Under the pieces are notes generated by a model that saw only the letters and a list, made by a program, of their open reading frames with translations, was not told the origin of the DNA and made no database searches. From an uncultured Bacteroidales bacterium (GTDB lineage Bacteria > Bacteroidota > Bacteroidia > Bacteroidales > UBA10428), in NCBI GenBank assembly GCA_963790105.1, contig CAWBNI010000015.1, forward strand, positions 133,793-197,792: a DNA stretch of 64,000 nt. Reading direction: 5' to 3'. Both the position numbers and the translations under genes were made by a program. The number at the start of each line of letters is the position of its first letter. Position 1 is the stretch's first letter. Shown piece after piece: positions 33,038 to 43,458 of the stretch.

Positions 33038-33832
33038 TTAAACAGATATGGGTGCTTTGATATGCGGATGGGGATCGTAATTCTCCAATGTAAAATCTGA
33101 AAACGTAAAATCTTCGATTTTTTTTACATCGGGATTGAGCTTCATCACAGGCAATGAACGCGGCTGTCGGGCAAGCTGGGTATTCACCTGTTCCATATGA
33201 TTATTGTAGATGTGTGCATCCCCCAGCGTGTGGATAAATTCACCTGGCTTCAATCCGGTCACCTTTGCCACCATCATCAGCAACAGGGAATAGGATGCAA
33301 TGTTAAATGGAACACCCAGGAAAATATCTGCACTTCGCTGATATAGCTGGCATGAAAGCCGGCCATCAGCAACATAAAACTGGAATAACACATGACAGGG
33401 TGGCAGTGCCATATTGGATAAATCACCCACATTCCAGGCACTGACTATATGCCTGCGGGAATCAGGATTTTCCTTGATACTGCGGATTACATTTGATATC
33501 TGATCGATTGATCCGCCCTGGTAGGATGGCCAGCTCCGCCACTGAAACCCGTATATATGACCCAGGTTCCCTTCTTTATCGGCCCATTCATTCCATATAT
33601 TTACCTGGTTATCGTTAAGATACTTAATATTCGTATCTCCTTTAAGAAACCAGAGTAATTCATATATAATGGATTTAAGATGGAGTTTTTTTGTGGTCAT
33701 TAACGGAAAACCATCGTCCAGGTTAAAACGCATCTGGTATCCAAATACGCTCTTCGTGCCGGTACCTGTCCTGTCCCTTTTCTCAGTGCCCTTATCGAGC
33801 ACATGCTGCAGCAAATCAAGATACTGCTTCAT
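33038..33832 (-). CDS. thyA: thymidylate synthase
   Basis: 264 aa. [12 protein letters not shown], active-site [12 protein letters not shown], and DAHIYNNH. Confidence 0.95.
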   Translation of the reverse strand: MKQYLDLLQHVLDKGTEKRDRTGTGTKSVFGYQMRFNLDDGFPLMTTKKLHLKSIIYELLWFLKGDTNIKYLNDNQVNIWNEWADKEGNLGHIYGFQWRSWPSYQGGSIDQISNVIRSIKENPDSRRHIVSAWNVGDLSNMALPPCHVLFQFYVADGRLSCQLYQRSADIFLGVPFNIASYSLLLMMVAKVTGLKPGEFIHTLGDAHIYNNHMEQVNTQLARQPRSLPVMKLNPDVKKIEDFTFSDFTLENYDPHPHIKAPISV

Positions 33833-34135
33833 TCTTTATATCACTTTGTGCATGCTGTAAAAATAATAAAGATATTCTTATCCTTTTACCCGTGCCCTGT
33901 AAAGTTATTGGTACATGTTCATTTCTTTTAAGTTATTAACATTGAGGCACCATCAATTTTTTACTATTTTTAGCCATCTTTAAAGATGCAGTTTTCCTGT
34001 GCGGGTTATGATGTTTGGGATATTTTTCAGGATTGTATGGCATATTGACAACTTGCTGATACTTCCTACGTATATTCCAACAGTGAATCTGAATTTTTAA
34101 ATTTAATAACCTTTAAATTCGTTAACCACGCCTAT

Positions 34136-34747
34136 TTGAATACGATACAACATAATAAATCCGGCGTTTTGATCGTCGTGCTGTTACTGTGTCTTTGCTT
34201 TCCGGCGGTTGCACAATATGATTTCACAGCAAGTGAAACAACTGGTTATGCCCCCCTCAAAGTGAAATATCAATTTGTAAATTCAGCTTCAGTGGATACC
34301 ATTCTCAGTTATTACTGGGATTTTGGCAATGGGCAGACCAGCACGTTGAAAAGTCCGGATACAGTCATTTATGATGCTCCCGGAACTTATTCCCCTTCCG
34401 TTGTATTTAATAACCGGATGGATCTTATAATTACGAAATCGCAATACATTGAGGTTCAGAAGACTGAAGATGTGATTAGCATCTCAAATGTTTTTACACC
34501 GAATAACGATGGTTACAATGATGATTTTTTAGTGACAACTCAGGCTGAAGTCCCCTTAAAAATGAATATTTTTACCCGGGCGGGAATTCTTGTTTTTAAA
34601 ACAGAAGGCACCACGCTTTCATGGAATGGTTATGCAGCATCAGGACAAAAACTCTCAGCAGGAATTTACTTCTATACAATCGAAGCATTGGGTGCAGATC
34701 CCAATAATCTTTACAATAAAAAGGGATTCTTCTATATGTATCGGTAG
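34136..34747 (+). CDS. PKD-domain protein with gliding-motility-type (T9SS type B) C-terminal sorting domain
   Basis: 203 aa with a TTG start in the ORF track. Signal peptide, PKD-like YYWDFGNGQTS, and CTD hallmarks NVFTPNNDGYNDDF and GIYFYTIEA. Confidence 0.7.
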   Translation: MNTIQHNKSGVLIVVLLLCLCFPAVAQYDFTASETTGYAPLKVKYQFVNSASVDTILSYYWDFGNGQTSTLKSPDTVIYDAPGTYSPSVVFNNRMDLIITKSQYIEVQKTEDVISISNVFTPNNDGYNDDFLVTTQAEVPLKMNIFTRAGILVFKTEGTTLSWNGYAASGQKLSAGIYFYTIEALGADPNNLYNKKGFFYMYR

Positions 34748-34760
34748 AAAGAGGGGGCCG

Positions 34761-34932
34761 GTATTCAGTAACCAGTATTCAGTATTCAGTAACCAGTATT
34801 CGGTATTCAGTATTCGGTATTCGGTAATCGGTAATCGGTATTCAGTAATCGGTAATCCGAGTCATTCAGTCATCCAGTATCCAGCATCCAGTCACCAGCA
34901 TCCAGTCACCAGTCACCAGTCACCAGTCACCA
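34761..34932 (+). repeat. 24-unit degenerate heptamer tandem array (GTATTCA/GTAACCA/GTATTCG/GTAATCG ... GCATCCA/GTCACCA)
   Basis: Parsed unit by unit. 22 exact 7-nt units and two longer ones (10 and 8 nt). The composition drifts from GTATTCA-type to GTCACCA-type. The last unit ends 1 nt before the ATG at 34934. Confidence 0.97.
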
Positions 34933-34933
34933 A

Positions 34934-37199
34934 ATGAATTCCCTCAGTAAAATATTCTTCCTGCTGTTATTGATTTGCCTTGTGTATCCGGTAATGGCAC
35001 AAAGCAAACCTTCCGAACGTCCAAAAATTGGTCTGGTATTAAGCGGTGGTGGAGCAAAAGGTCTGGTACACATTGGTGTACTGAAGGTCCTTGAAGAGGC
35101 AGGCATTGTACCGGATTATATAAGCGGAACGAGTATGGGAAGCATTGTTGGCGGACTGTATTCAATAGGCTACACCGCCGGCGAGCTGTCTGAACTCAAC
35201 CAAACCTTACCCTGGCAGGTGATGCTGTCGGATTATGTCCCGCTCCGGAATATTTCCCTGGAGGAAAAACATGATTATAAGCGGTATTTCGCTGAACTTC
35301 CTATCCGAAAGCGAAAGATCATGCTGCCATCCGGATTGCTTGAGGGTCAGAACCTGTCTGTCCTTTTATCCTCCCTTACATGGCGAACTGCAGGTATTGA
35401 TTCATTTGACCATTATCCTTATCCTTTCAGGTGTGTTGGAACGGATATTATCAATGGGGAGATTGTGGATTTTAATTCGGGAGACCTCGCCCTGAAAATG
35501 AGGGCAAGTATGGCCATTCCCAGCGTATTTACTCCCGTGGTGCTGGATTCGTCCATGGTAATTGTAGATGGAGGGGTTATCCGTAATTTTCCGGTGGATG
35601 AGGTCCTTGATATGGGTGCAGATATTGTGATTGGCGTTTATGCCGGATTCAAGGAAAAGGAAACCTCGGAAGATCTCCAGTCGATGAGTAAAATTCTGAG
35701 CAGATCGGCAGCAAGTTATGGGATCTATGACTCACGTGAACAGGCAAAGAAAGTGGATGTGCTGATTGCACCTGAACTGAATGGCTATACCTCCTCTGAT
35801 TTCAACAAAAGTGTAGAAATAGAAAAGGCAGGTGAGGCAGCTGCCAGGGAACACATGACTGAATTACTGGCACTTGCGGCTGAACAGAAAAAATACGGTA
35901 CTCGCACAAAACCTGAGCCGTTGCCTGAGAAGGACAGCATTCAGATTAGTCGTGTGGTGGTAAACAAGCTGAAATACAATGATAAGAGCCTGATTTATGG
36001 TATGCTCAATATTCCAAGGAATACTTATGTTACAAAGGCAGAACTCCAGGAAGGACTGGAACGGCTCTTTGGCACACAGTATTTTGAGACGACTGAACTA
36101 TCGGTTTGAAAAAGACCAGACTGCTTTTCGCCTGATCATCGATGCCGAGGAAAAACCACCTTCTTCGCTGAAGGTATCCGTACATTATGATAATTTTTAC
36201 GGAGCGGGGCTTCTGCTGAATTTCACCAAGAGTAACTTCCTGGCCAGTGGTGCCAGGCTCACGCTGGTGGGCGATCTTAGCCAGTATCCCCAGGCAAGGA
36301 TTTACTACAGAAAATATACCGGCCATAAAAAGAAACTGCTCGCCGGTTTTGAATCCTATTATGAATCGAATATGATTCGTGTATATGTCCAGGGGGAAGA
36401 AATTGGTTATTCAAGACAGAATCATTTTACTTCAGAACTTTCCCTCAAACATGCCATCACACTGAACCAGCAAATTGGGGGCGGCCTGCTGTTTGAATAT
36501 TCAGCAGTTTATCCCAATAAGGCCATGCAAACGCTATATCCTACCGAGTTCAACTACAAGCGGTTTGGGTTTGCCGGTTTTGGCTTGTCCGGATCCTATA
36601 AACTCAATACGCTGGATGACGATCTTTATCCCCTTGAAGGAAGTGAAGTAGAAGTTACTCTGAAAGGAATCTATAATCCGGCCACTGATCTGAAATTATT
36701 ATCCGATACAATTGACACGGAAACATCCCTGTCCTCCTTTGGCAAATTGTATATCAATTATGGAACCTATACCCTGTTCGGACAAAAAACAAGCCTTCAC
36801 ACAGGGATATCACTTGGCCTAAGCAAAGATGCTTTTATAGCTTCGGATTACTTTTTTATCGGGGGATTCAAAGACAATTTACGACGCAACCAGATCCCCT
36901 TTGCCGGATATAAATCAGGGGAGGTGGTTGCTTCTAATATCGCACAGATCAAACTCGGATTGAACTACCAACTGACCCGCAATCTCCGGATACAGACTTT
37001 GGGCAATGTATTGATGACTTCAGGCAGTGTTAAGTCCCTTGGTGAAAACATAGTAAACCTTGATACCGGTAACCTTCATGTGGGTTACGGCGCAGGATTG
37101 CTTTATAAAACACCTCTCGGGCCTGTAAACCTGTTTTTATCCGGCAATAATATGGATTCCCACCTCCGGTTTTACATCAATATGGGCTTTACCTTCTGA
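34934..37199 (+). pseudogene. patatin-like phospholipase fused to an Omp85/BamA-like beta-barrel (PlpD-like), one frameshift near 36090
   Basis: Fragments 34934..36109 and 35997..37199. Patatin motifs GGGAKG, GTSMG (GxSxG) and VDGGV (Asp of the dyad). The C-terminal ~380 aa are beta-rich and end in an aromatic residue (...INMGFTF). Confidence 0.8.
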
Positions 37200-37776
37200 T
37201 CAGAATCGACTCCCGATTACTTTCCAGTCGAGAATATTCCAGAATGCCTGAACATAATCCGGTCTCCTGTTCTGATAATCGAGGTAATAGGCATGTTCCC
37301 AGACGTCACAGGTAAGAAGCGGGGTTAATCCCTTCTTCAGGGGATTGCCGGCATTGGATTCCTGGACGATCTCCAATTTGCCATCGGCATTTTTTACCAG
37401 CCAGGCCCATCCTGATCCAAACAGGGTGACTGCCGACTTGGTAAACTGTTCTTTGAACGCCTCAAAGGATCCAAAAGTACCCTGAATGGCATCGGCAAGC
37501 AAACCCTTGGGTTCCCGTTGTCCTGACGGGGAAAAGCTTTCAAAATAAAAAGTATGGTTCCAAATCTGGGCTCCGTTATTAAAGATCGCGCCATCTGCTT
37601 CGCGGATAATCTGCTCAAGGCTGGCATTTTCAAAGCGGGTTCCGGGAACCAGGTTATTTAAATTATTCACATAGGTTTGATGATGCTTTACCATAGTGAA
37701 AATCGATGGTTTGTTTCGTTATGAAGGGAACAAGCGCATCGGATGCGTAATTAAGTTTGGGTAATGCAAACGACAT
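37200..37776 (-). pseudogene. sodB: Fe-type superoxide dismutase, one frameshift at about 37688
   Basis: The N-terminus MSFALPKLNYASDALVPFITKQTIDFHYGK is in one frame (ATG at 37776) and HHQTYVNNL... is in ORF 37200..37694. Shortening TTT at 37687-37689 by one restores the frame. Fe-type AQIWNHTFY, and DVWEHAYY. Confidence 0.85.
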
Positions 37777-37851
37777 TCTAGTGGGTTTTAATTTGGTTAT
37801 TAATACCCACAAGTTAAGGATTTACGCGTAAAAATAAAAGAGTTTTATTCC

Positions 37852-38451
37852 CTATAGTTTCATTCGCCTGGCTACATTATCCCAGTTAACCACATTCCAG
37901 AAAGCCGCCAGGTATTCATTTCTCCGGTTTTGATATTTAAGGTAATACGCGTGCTCCCAAACATCGACCCCCAGAACAGGCATCCCTTTCACCTCGGCCA
38001 GATCCATCAAGGGATTATCCTGGTTAGGGGTGGAAGTTATTTTCAGTTCATCGCCTGTTTTGACAAGCCAGGCCCAGCCGGAGCCAAAACGAGTCATGGC
38101 GGCTGCGGTAAATTGTTCCTTAAACTTGTCGAATGATCCAAAATAACGGTTCAATGCATCCAGCACGTCTGAAGGAGGATTGCCACCCCCTTTGGGACCC
38201 ATTACCTGCCAGAACATGCTATGGTTGAAATGTCCGCCTCCGTTATTTCTCACAGCAACAGGCAATTTTGACACATTGGACAGTATTTCCTCGAGGCTTT
38301 TATTTTCCCAGATACCACCTGCCAAAGCATTATTTAAATTGGTAACATAGGCTTGATGATGTTTTGTATGATGGATTTCCATCGTACGGGCATCAATATT
38401 CGGCTCAAGTGCCGCATAATCATATTCCAGTTTAGGTAGTTCGAATGCCAT
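37852..38451 (-). CDS. sodA: Mn-type superoxide dismutase
   Basis: 199 aa. [17 protein letters not shown], Mn-type [17 protein letters not shown], and DVWEHAYY. Confidence 0.9.
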   Translation of the reverse strand: MAFELPKLEYDYAALEPNIDARTMEIHHTKHHQAYVTNLNNALAGGIWENKSLEEILSNVSKLPVAVRNNGGGHFNHSMFWQVMGPKGGGNPPSDVLDALNRYFGSFDKFKEQFTAAAMTRFGSGWAWLVKTGDELKITSTPNQDNPLMDLAEVKGMPVLGVDVWEHAYYLKYQNRRNEYLAAFWNVVNWDNVARRMKL

Positions 38452-38525
38452 TGTTTTAAATTTAGTTGTTAATTGTTAATTGATTCTTAATCCGTGGTTT
38501 AACGGTTATAATTTTGCTTTGCATA

Positions 38526-38637
38526 TACTCTTATTCCTGACTCTACTCCGTACTCACTACTCCTGACTCACTTCTCACTCTCACTTCATCTCTCACCTCT
38601 CAACTGTCCTTGTCACTAGTCACTAGTCACTGGTCAC
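38526..38637 (+). repeat. degenerate 6-8-nt tandem array (TACTCC / TGACTC / TCTCACC / TAGTCAC units)
   Basis: TACTC TTATTCC TGACTC TACTCC GTACTCAC TACTCC TGACTC ... TCTCACC TCTCAAC ... TGTCAC TAGTCAC TAGTCAC TGGTCAC. It lies in the divergent sodA/waaA intergenic region. Confidence 0.9.
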
Positions 38638-38723
38638 TAAATAGATCTCCCAACTAACAAAACTTACATCTGAAAGTTTACCGGCCCTGCGAAAATGATT
38701 TACTTTGCCTATATTTAACTCAG

Positions 38724-39962
38724 ATGACATTTCTATATCACATATTAATACATGTCTATTACTTCCTGGTACTGATCGCATCTGCTTTTAATCCGAAAGC
38801 CCGGTTGTGGCTTAAAGGAAGGATGGGATGGAGGACACGGATCAGGAAATGGAACACGGCCGGAAAACCAGTGGTCTGGTTTCATGCAGCTTCCCTTGGT
38901 GAATTTGAACAGGGACGCCCGTTAATAGACAAAATCAGGGAAAACCATCCGAAGTGCAGCATCCTGCTTACATTTTATTCTCCTTCGGGATATGAGATCC
39001 GGAAAAATTACCCGGGGGCTGATCTGGTCATGTATCTTCCGCTGGATACATCCTATAATGCGCGGCTTTTTGTGAAACTTGTGAATCCCGTTTTTACTGT
39101 TTTCATTAAATATGAATTCTGGCATTTCTACCTGAAGGAACTGCATAATTCGAAACACCCGGTATTTTTAATCTCAGCTATTTTCAGACCAGGTCAGGCT
39201 TTTTTCAAATGGTACGGAGTCCTGGTTCCGGAAAAATCTGCAGTTTATTGACTATTATCTTTGTGCAGGATAAGGACTCGGCAAATCTTTTGAATCAGCT
39301 GGGATTAACCAATTGCAGGATTTCGGGCGATACCCGGTTTGACAGGGTAAAAACACTTTCAGAAGCAGCAAAGGATATAGAGATTGCCAGATTGTTTTCA
39401 GAGGGTCATGATTGTCTGGTAGCCGGCAGCACATGGCCCGAAGATGAGGAATTCCTCACGCGTTTCATAAATGAATCAGATTCAAAGATGCGTTTTATTA
39501 TTGCACCTCATGAAATTAATGCCTCCCGTATTCTCCAGCTGACATCACGCATTACACGCGATTTTGTTCTGTATTCCCAGGCTGCGCAGGCCGAATACAC
39601 CGAAAAACAGGTACTCATCATTGATAACATTGGCATGCTCTCATCGCTATACAGGTATGGACGAATAGCTTATATCGGGGGCGGCTTTGGCAAGGGGATA
39701 CATAATATTCTGGAAGCTGCAGCCTTTGGTATTCCGGTAATTTTTGGCCCGAATTTTGAAAAATTCCGTGAGGCAAGAGAACTTCTTGAGCCAGGGCGGG
39801 GCGTTCAATATTAAAAGTTATGAAGACCTGGTCAACCTGTTGAATGAACTGGACAGCAATCCTGAAAGATACAACACGTCTGCCCTTAAGGCTGGCTCGT
39901 ATGTGCGTGAAAATACAGGTGCCACATCCATTGTATTCGATTTTTTGGCCCCTTACTTTTAA
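38724..39962 (+). pseudogene. waaA: 3-deoxy-D-manno-octulosonic acid (Kdo) transferase, three or more frameshifts
   Basis: Fragments 38724..39251, 39209..39814 and 39744..39962. Between the first two, the third frame reads SWFRKNLQFIDY. N-terminal Glycos_transf_N features include WFHAASLGEFEQGRPLI. Confidence 0.8.
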
Positions 39963-40100
39963 AACTTTCAGCCTATTTTAATTGTTAAAAGAATGGGTTA
40001 ATTTTAATAGAGTTTTATTTTACTTATAAAGCATCTTTAAACTGAACTTGAATTTTTTTATATGTAACTTATTTTCTGATGAATATATACTCATAAAATT

Positions 40101-40913
40101 ATGAGAAATTTAGAACTTATTTGTATCGGACTGATTTTGTTTCCTTTGTATATTAGTGGTCAGGTTCCGGCCCAGCAAACTGATCCTGATTACAGAATCA
40201 GGGACCCGGAAATAGGGATCATTGAAAAGCTTGATACTACTCTACCATCGGATATTAAACTGGTCAATCAGGACGGGGATACGGTGTTACTTGGAAATAT
40301 CGTGAACAAGCCCACGGTCCTTTCATTCGTTTATTTTCGCTGTCCGGGGATCTGCAGTCCGTTAATGGATGGACTGGCAGATGTTATTGAACGCAGCGAC
40401 ATGAAAATCGGTGAAGATTACCAGGTGCTTACAATCAGCTTTGATGAACGTGAGAAAACTGATCTGGCAGCTCGTAAACATGACAATTATCTTCACCTGG
40501 TAAATAAAGAAGGGGCAAAAAAAGGATGGACATTTTTCACTGCCGACAGCGCTACCATCCGGCGGATCACCACCGCAGCAGGTTTTGGCTTTAAGCGAAC
40601 CGGAAATGATTTCGTTCATGCTGCCGCCCTGATCGTCCTGAGTCCTGAAAGAAAAATAACCCGTTATCTGAACGGTATTTATTTTCAGCCGTTTGAATTT
40701 AAGATGGCCATGGTGGAAGCATCAAAGGGTAAGTCCGGCCCCACCATCAACCGGATTTTACAGTTTTGCTATGCATATGATCCGCAAGGCAAACGCTATG
40801 TAATGAATATAACCCGGGTATCGGGGATACTCATTGCATTTCTGGCCCTTCTGCTATTTCTGTGGCTCGCCGTGCGGCCCTTATTTAATAAGAAACAAAA
40901 AGTCAGCATTTAA
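40101..40913 (+). CDS. SCO1/SenC copper chaperone
   Basis: 270 aa. Thioredoxin fold with CxxxC (FRCPGICSP) and a conserved His region. It lies directly upstream of the cox genes. Confidence 0.85.
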   Translation: MRNLELICIGLILFPLYISGQVPAQQTDPDYRIRDPEIGIIEKLDTTLPSDIKLVNQDGDTVLLGNIVNKPTVLSFVYFRCPGICSPLMDGLADVIERSDMKIGEDYQVLTISFDEREKTDLAARKHDNYLHLVNKEGAKKGWTFFTADSATIRRITTAAGFGFKRTGNDFVHAAALIVLSPERKITRYLNGIYFQPFEFKMAMVEASKGKSGPTINRILQFCYAYDPQGKRYVMNITRVSGILIAFLALLLFLWLAVRPLFNKKQKVSI

Positions 40914-40932
40914 TTAATATGTATCTCACAAT

Positions 40933-42534
40933 ATGAATGTACACGAAGGAAGCTTTTACGAAAACGAGGGAAAATACAAGGGGATCCTGGCGTGGATAAC
41001 ATCCACGGACCATAAGCGGATAGGCCTTCTATATCTCTATTCCATTATGACCATGTTCATTGTAGCCGCGTTATTGGGACTTGCAATGAAAATTGAGCTT
41101 ATCGCTCCGGGAAAAACTATTATGGATGCAAAAACCTATAATGGATTTTTTACCCTGCATGGAATTACAATGGTCTTTCTGGTAGTAATACCCGGAATAC
41201 CCGCCATTCTTGGAAATTTTATAATGCCGTTGATGATTGGCGCCAAGGACGTGGCCTTCCCCAGGCTAAACCTTTTTTCATGGTGGCTCTACGTTCTGGG
41301 AGCCCTTGTTGCGCTTTCTTCACAGTTCATGGCCGGTGGACCTCCTGACACAGGCTGGACGTTTTATGCTCCCTATAGCTTCAGGACGGTGACCAATATG
41401 TTGCCGGCCGTTTTGGGAGCGTTTATTCTTGGATTTTCCTCCATTCTCACCGGATTGAACTTCCTTGTCACAATTCATCGTATGCGGGCACCCGGCATGT
41501 CATGGCTAAAAATGCCTCTTTTCCCCTGGGCTCTTTATGGCACTGCATGGATCCAATTGCTGGCCACGCCCATAATTGGTATCACCTTACTGATGGTTGT
41601 GGGAGAACGCTTGTTTCATATAGGTTTTTTTGACCCCGCACTGGGGGGTGATCCGGTACTTTACCAGCATTTGTTCTGGATTTATTCCCATCCAGCTGTT
41701 TATATAATGATCGTTCCCGCAATGGGCGTCATCTCCGAGATACTGCCTACTTTCGCTCACAAACCTGCGTTTGGTTACAAGGCTATTGTCATATCCACAA
41801 TGCTTATTGCTTTAGTAGGATCACTTGTATGGGGTCATCACATGTACACGGCAGGAATGAGTAAGGCAGCCCTGTTTGCCTTTTCAGCATTGACCTTCCT
41901 GGTAGCCATTCCCAGCGCAATTAAAATATTCAACTGGATATCCACCCTGTACAAAGGGTCTATTGTAATGGAACCACCCTTTTACTGGGCCGCGTCCTTC
42001 CTGTTTGTATTTATGATCGGCGGTTTGACCGGACTTGTTCTGGGTTCGTTGTCTACTGACGTGCATGTACACGATACGGCATTTGTGGTAGCCCATTTCC
42101 ATTACATCATTTTCGGAGGGGTAGGATTCGCTTTTTTCGGAGGGATACATTACTGGTTCCCAAAAATTTTTGGAAGGATGTATGACAGAGGTTGGGCCAT
42201 TATTGGCTGGATTGTTTTTTTCACGGGCTTTGTTACCCTGTATACCCCCATGTTTGTCCTTGGTATAGAGGGAATGCCTCGCCGGTATTATGATTACCTG
42301 CCGCAGTTTCACGGAGGAAATATACTGTCATCATTCGGTGCAATAATCCTGATTGCAGGACTGGCAATTATTATCACCAACCTTGTCCGTTCAGCTCATT
42401 ATGGGCCAAAGGCCGAGATGAACCCCTGGGGCGGAACCACATTGGAATGGACAGTTCCCAGTCCCCCTCCATTGGAGAATTTTGATGAAATACCCACTGT
42501 AACCGAGAGACCATATCATTACAAGCAAACCTAA
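40933..42534 (+). CDS. ctaD: cytochrome c oxidase subunit I (A-type heme-copper oxidase)
   Basis: 533 aa, 12 TM helices. TSTDHKRIGLLY, FWIYSHPAVYIM, CuB ligands WGHHMYT, and HFHYI. Confidence 0.95.
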   Translation: MNVHEGSFYENEGKYKGILAWITSTDHKRIGLLYLYSIMTMFIVAALLGLAMKIELIAPGKTIMDAKTYNGFFTLHGITMVFLVVIPGIPAILGNFIMPLMIGAKDVAFPRLNLFSWWLYVLGALVALSSQFMAGGPPDTGWTFYAPYSFRTVTNMLPAVLGAFILGFSSILTGLNFLVTIHRMRAPGMSWLKMPLFPWALYGTAWIQLLATPIIGITLLMVVGERLFHIGFFDPALGGDPVLYQHLFWIYSHPAVYIMIVPAMGVISEILPTFAHKPAFGYKAIVISTMLIALVGSLVWGHHMYTAGMSKAALFAFSALTFLVAIPSAIKIFNWISTLYKGSIVMEPPFYWAASFLFVFMIGGLTGLVLGSLSTDVHVHDTAFVVAHFHYIIFGGVGFAFFGGIHYWFPKIFGRMYDRGWAIIGWIVFFTGFVTLYTPMFVLGIEGMPRRYYDYLPQFHGGNILSSFGAIILIAGLAIIITNLVRSAHYGPKAEMNPWGGTTLEWTVPSPPPLENFDEIPTVTERPYHYKQT

Positions 42535-42538
42535 TTCT

Positions 42539-43153
42539 ATGTCTGAATCAGTAACTCACGCAGAACATTTTGATGCCACTGCTTCCAAAATCGGGATGTG
42601 GCTCTTCATTTTCACCGAGCTCCTCCTTTTCGGCGGTTTATTTATAGTATACTCTATAGTACGTTTTTCACACCAGAGTGCATTCCACCTGGCTGCCCAG
42701 GAACTTGATCTTTTCTTAGGAGCTACTAATACGGTGCTTCTCCTGATCAGCAGTATGACGATAGCCATGTCGGTTTCAGCCGTTCAATATGGACATAAGA
42801 AATTCACCCTGATACTGATCTGCATCACCATGCTGATCGGTCTCATTTTCCTTGTGAACAAGTACTTTGAATGGAAAGTGAAGTTCGGTCATGGCCTGTA
42901 TCCCGGTTCTGAAATTCTGCACGGTCTGGGTAACGGAGATACACTTTTCTTTGGTCTGTATTTTTTCATGACCGGCCTCCATGCATTGCACATAGTTGCC
43001 GGTCTGAGCATCCTGGGATGGATCCTGTACCGGGTGGCAAATGACAAGATCAATGCAGCCCATTTTGTACATCTTGAAAACGGAGCCCTTTACTGGCACC
43101 TTGTTGACGTGATCTGGATATTCCTTTTCCCGTTATTCTATCTTATAACATAA
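42539..43153 (+). CDS. ctaE: cytochrome c oxidase subunit III
   Basis: 204 aa, 5 TM helices. KIGMWLFIFTELLLFGGLF and a YWHLVDVIWIFLFPLFY-type C-terminus. Confidence 0.9.
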   Translation: MSESVTHAEHFDATASKIGMWLFIFTELLLFGGLFIVYSIVRFSHQSAFHLAAQELDLFLGATNTVLLLISSMTIAMSVSAVQYGHKKFTLILICITMLIGLIFLVNKYFEWKVKFGHGLYPGSEILHGLGNGDTLFFGLYFFMTGLHALHIVAGLSILGWILYRVANDKINAAHFVHLENGALYWHLVDVIWIFLFPLFYLIT

Positions 43154-43167
43154 TAACTTATTCTGCC

Positions 43168-43458
43168 ATGAGCAACCCTGAAAATCAGCCCCACATTGTA
43201 CCGTATCGCACATATGTAGTCATCCTGCTGGCCCTGGTTTCGTTTACTTTTCTATCGATACTTGTTACACGCTTTGAACTGGGACCCCTTGCAGTTACCG
43301 CTGCCCTGATGTTTGCAACGTTAAAATGCACCCTGGTGTTTTTGTATTTCATGCATTTGAAATTCGATGAGCGTATATATGGAATCATGGTTTCAGTAGT
43401 GCTGTCTATATTACTGATCCTTATTGTCGGTACTTTTGTGGATTATAGTTTCAGATAA
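43168..43458 (+). CDS. cytochrome c oxidase subunit IV (prokaryotic CoxD/CtaF-like)
   Basis: 96 aa, 3 TM helices, with LKCTLVFLYFMHLKFD typical of bacterial subunit IV. Confidence 0.7.
   Translation: MSNPENQPHIVPYRTYVVILLALVSFTFLSILVTRFELGPLAVTAALMFATLKCTLVFLYFMHLKFDERIYGIMVSVVLSILLILIVGTFVDYSFR

Noticed and set aside
34590-34937. 115-aa ORF reading through the heptamer array (…SNQYSVFSNQYSVFSIRYSVIGNRYSVIGN…)
   Set aside because: The first part is an alternative frame of the T9SS-CTD gene. The rest is periodic sequence from translating 7-nt repeats. A heptamer period cannot be maintained by selection on a coding frame.
10930-38637. The tandem arrays as CRISPR or mini-CRISPR
   Set aside because: The units are only 7-8 nt and directly abut each other with no spacers. 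No cas genes or leader are present.
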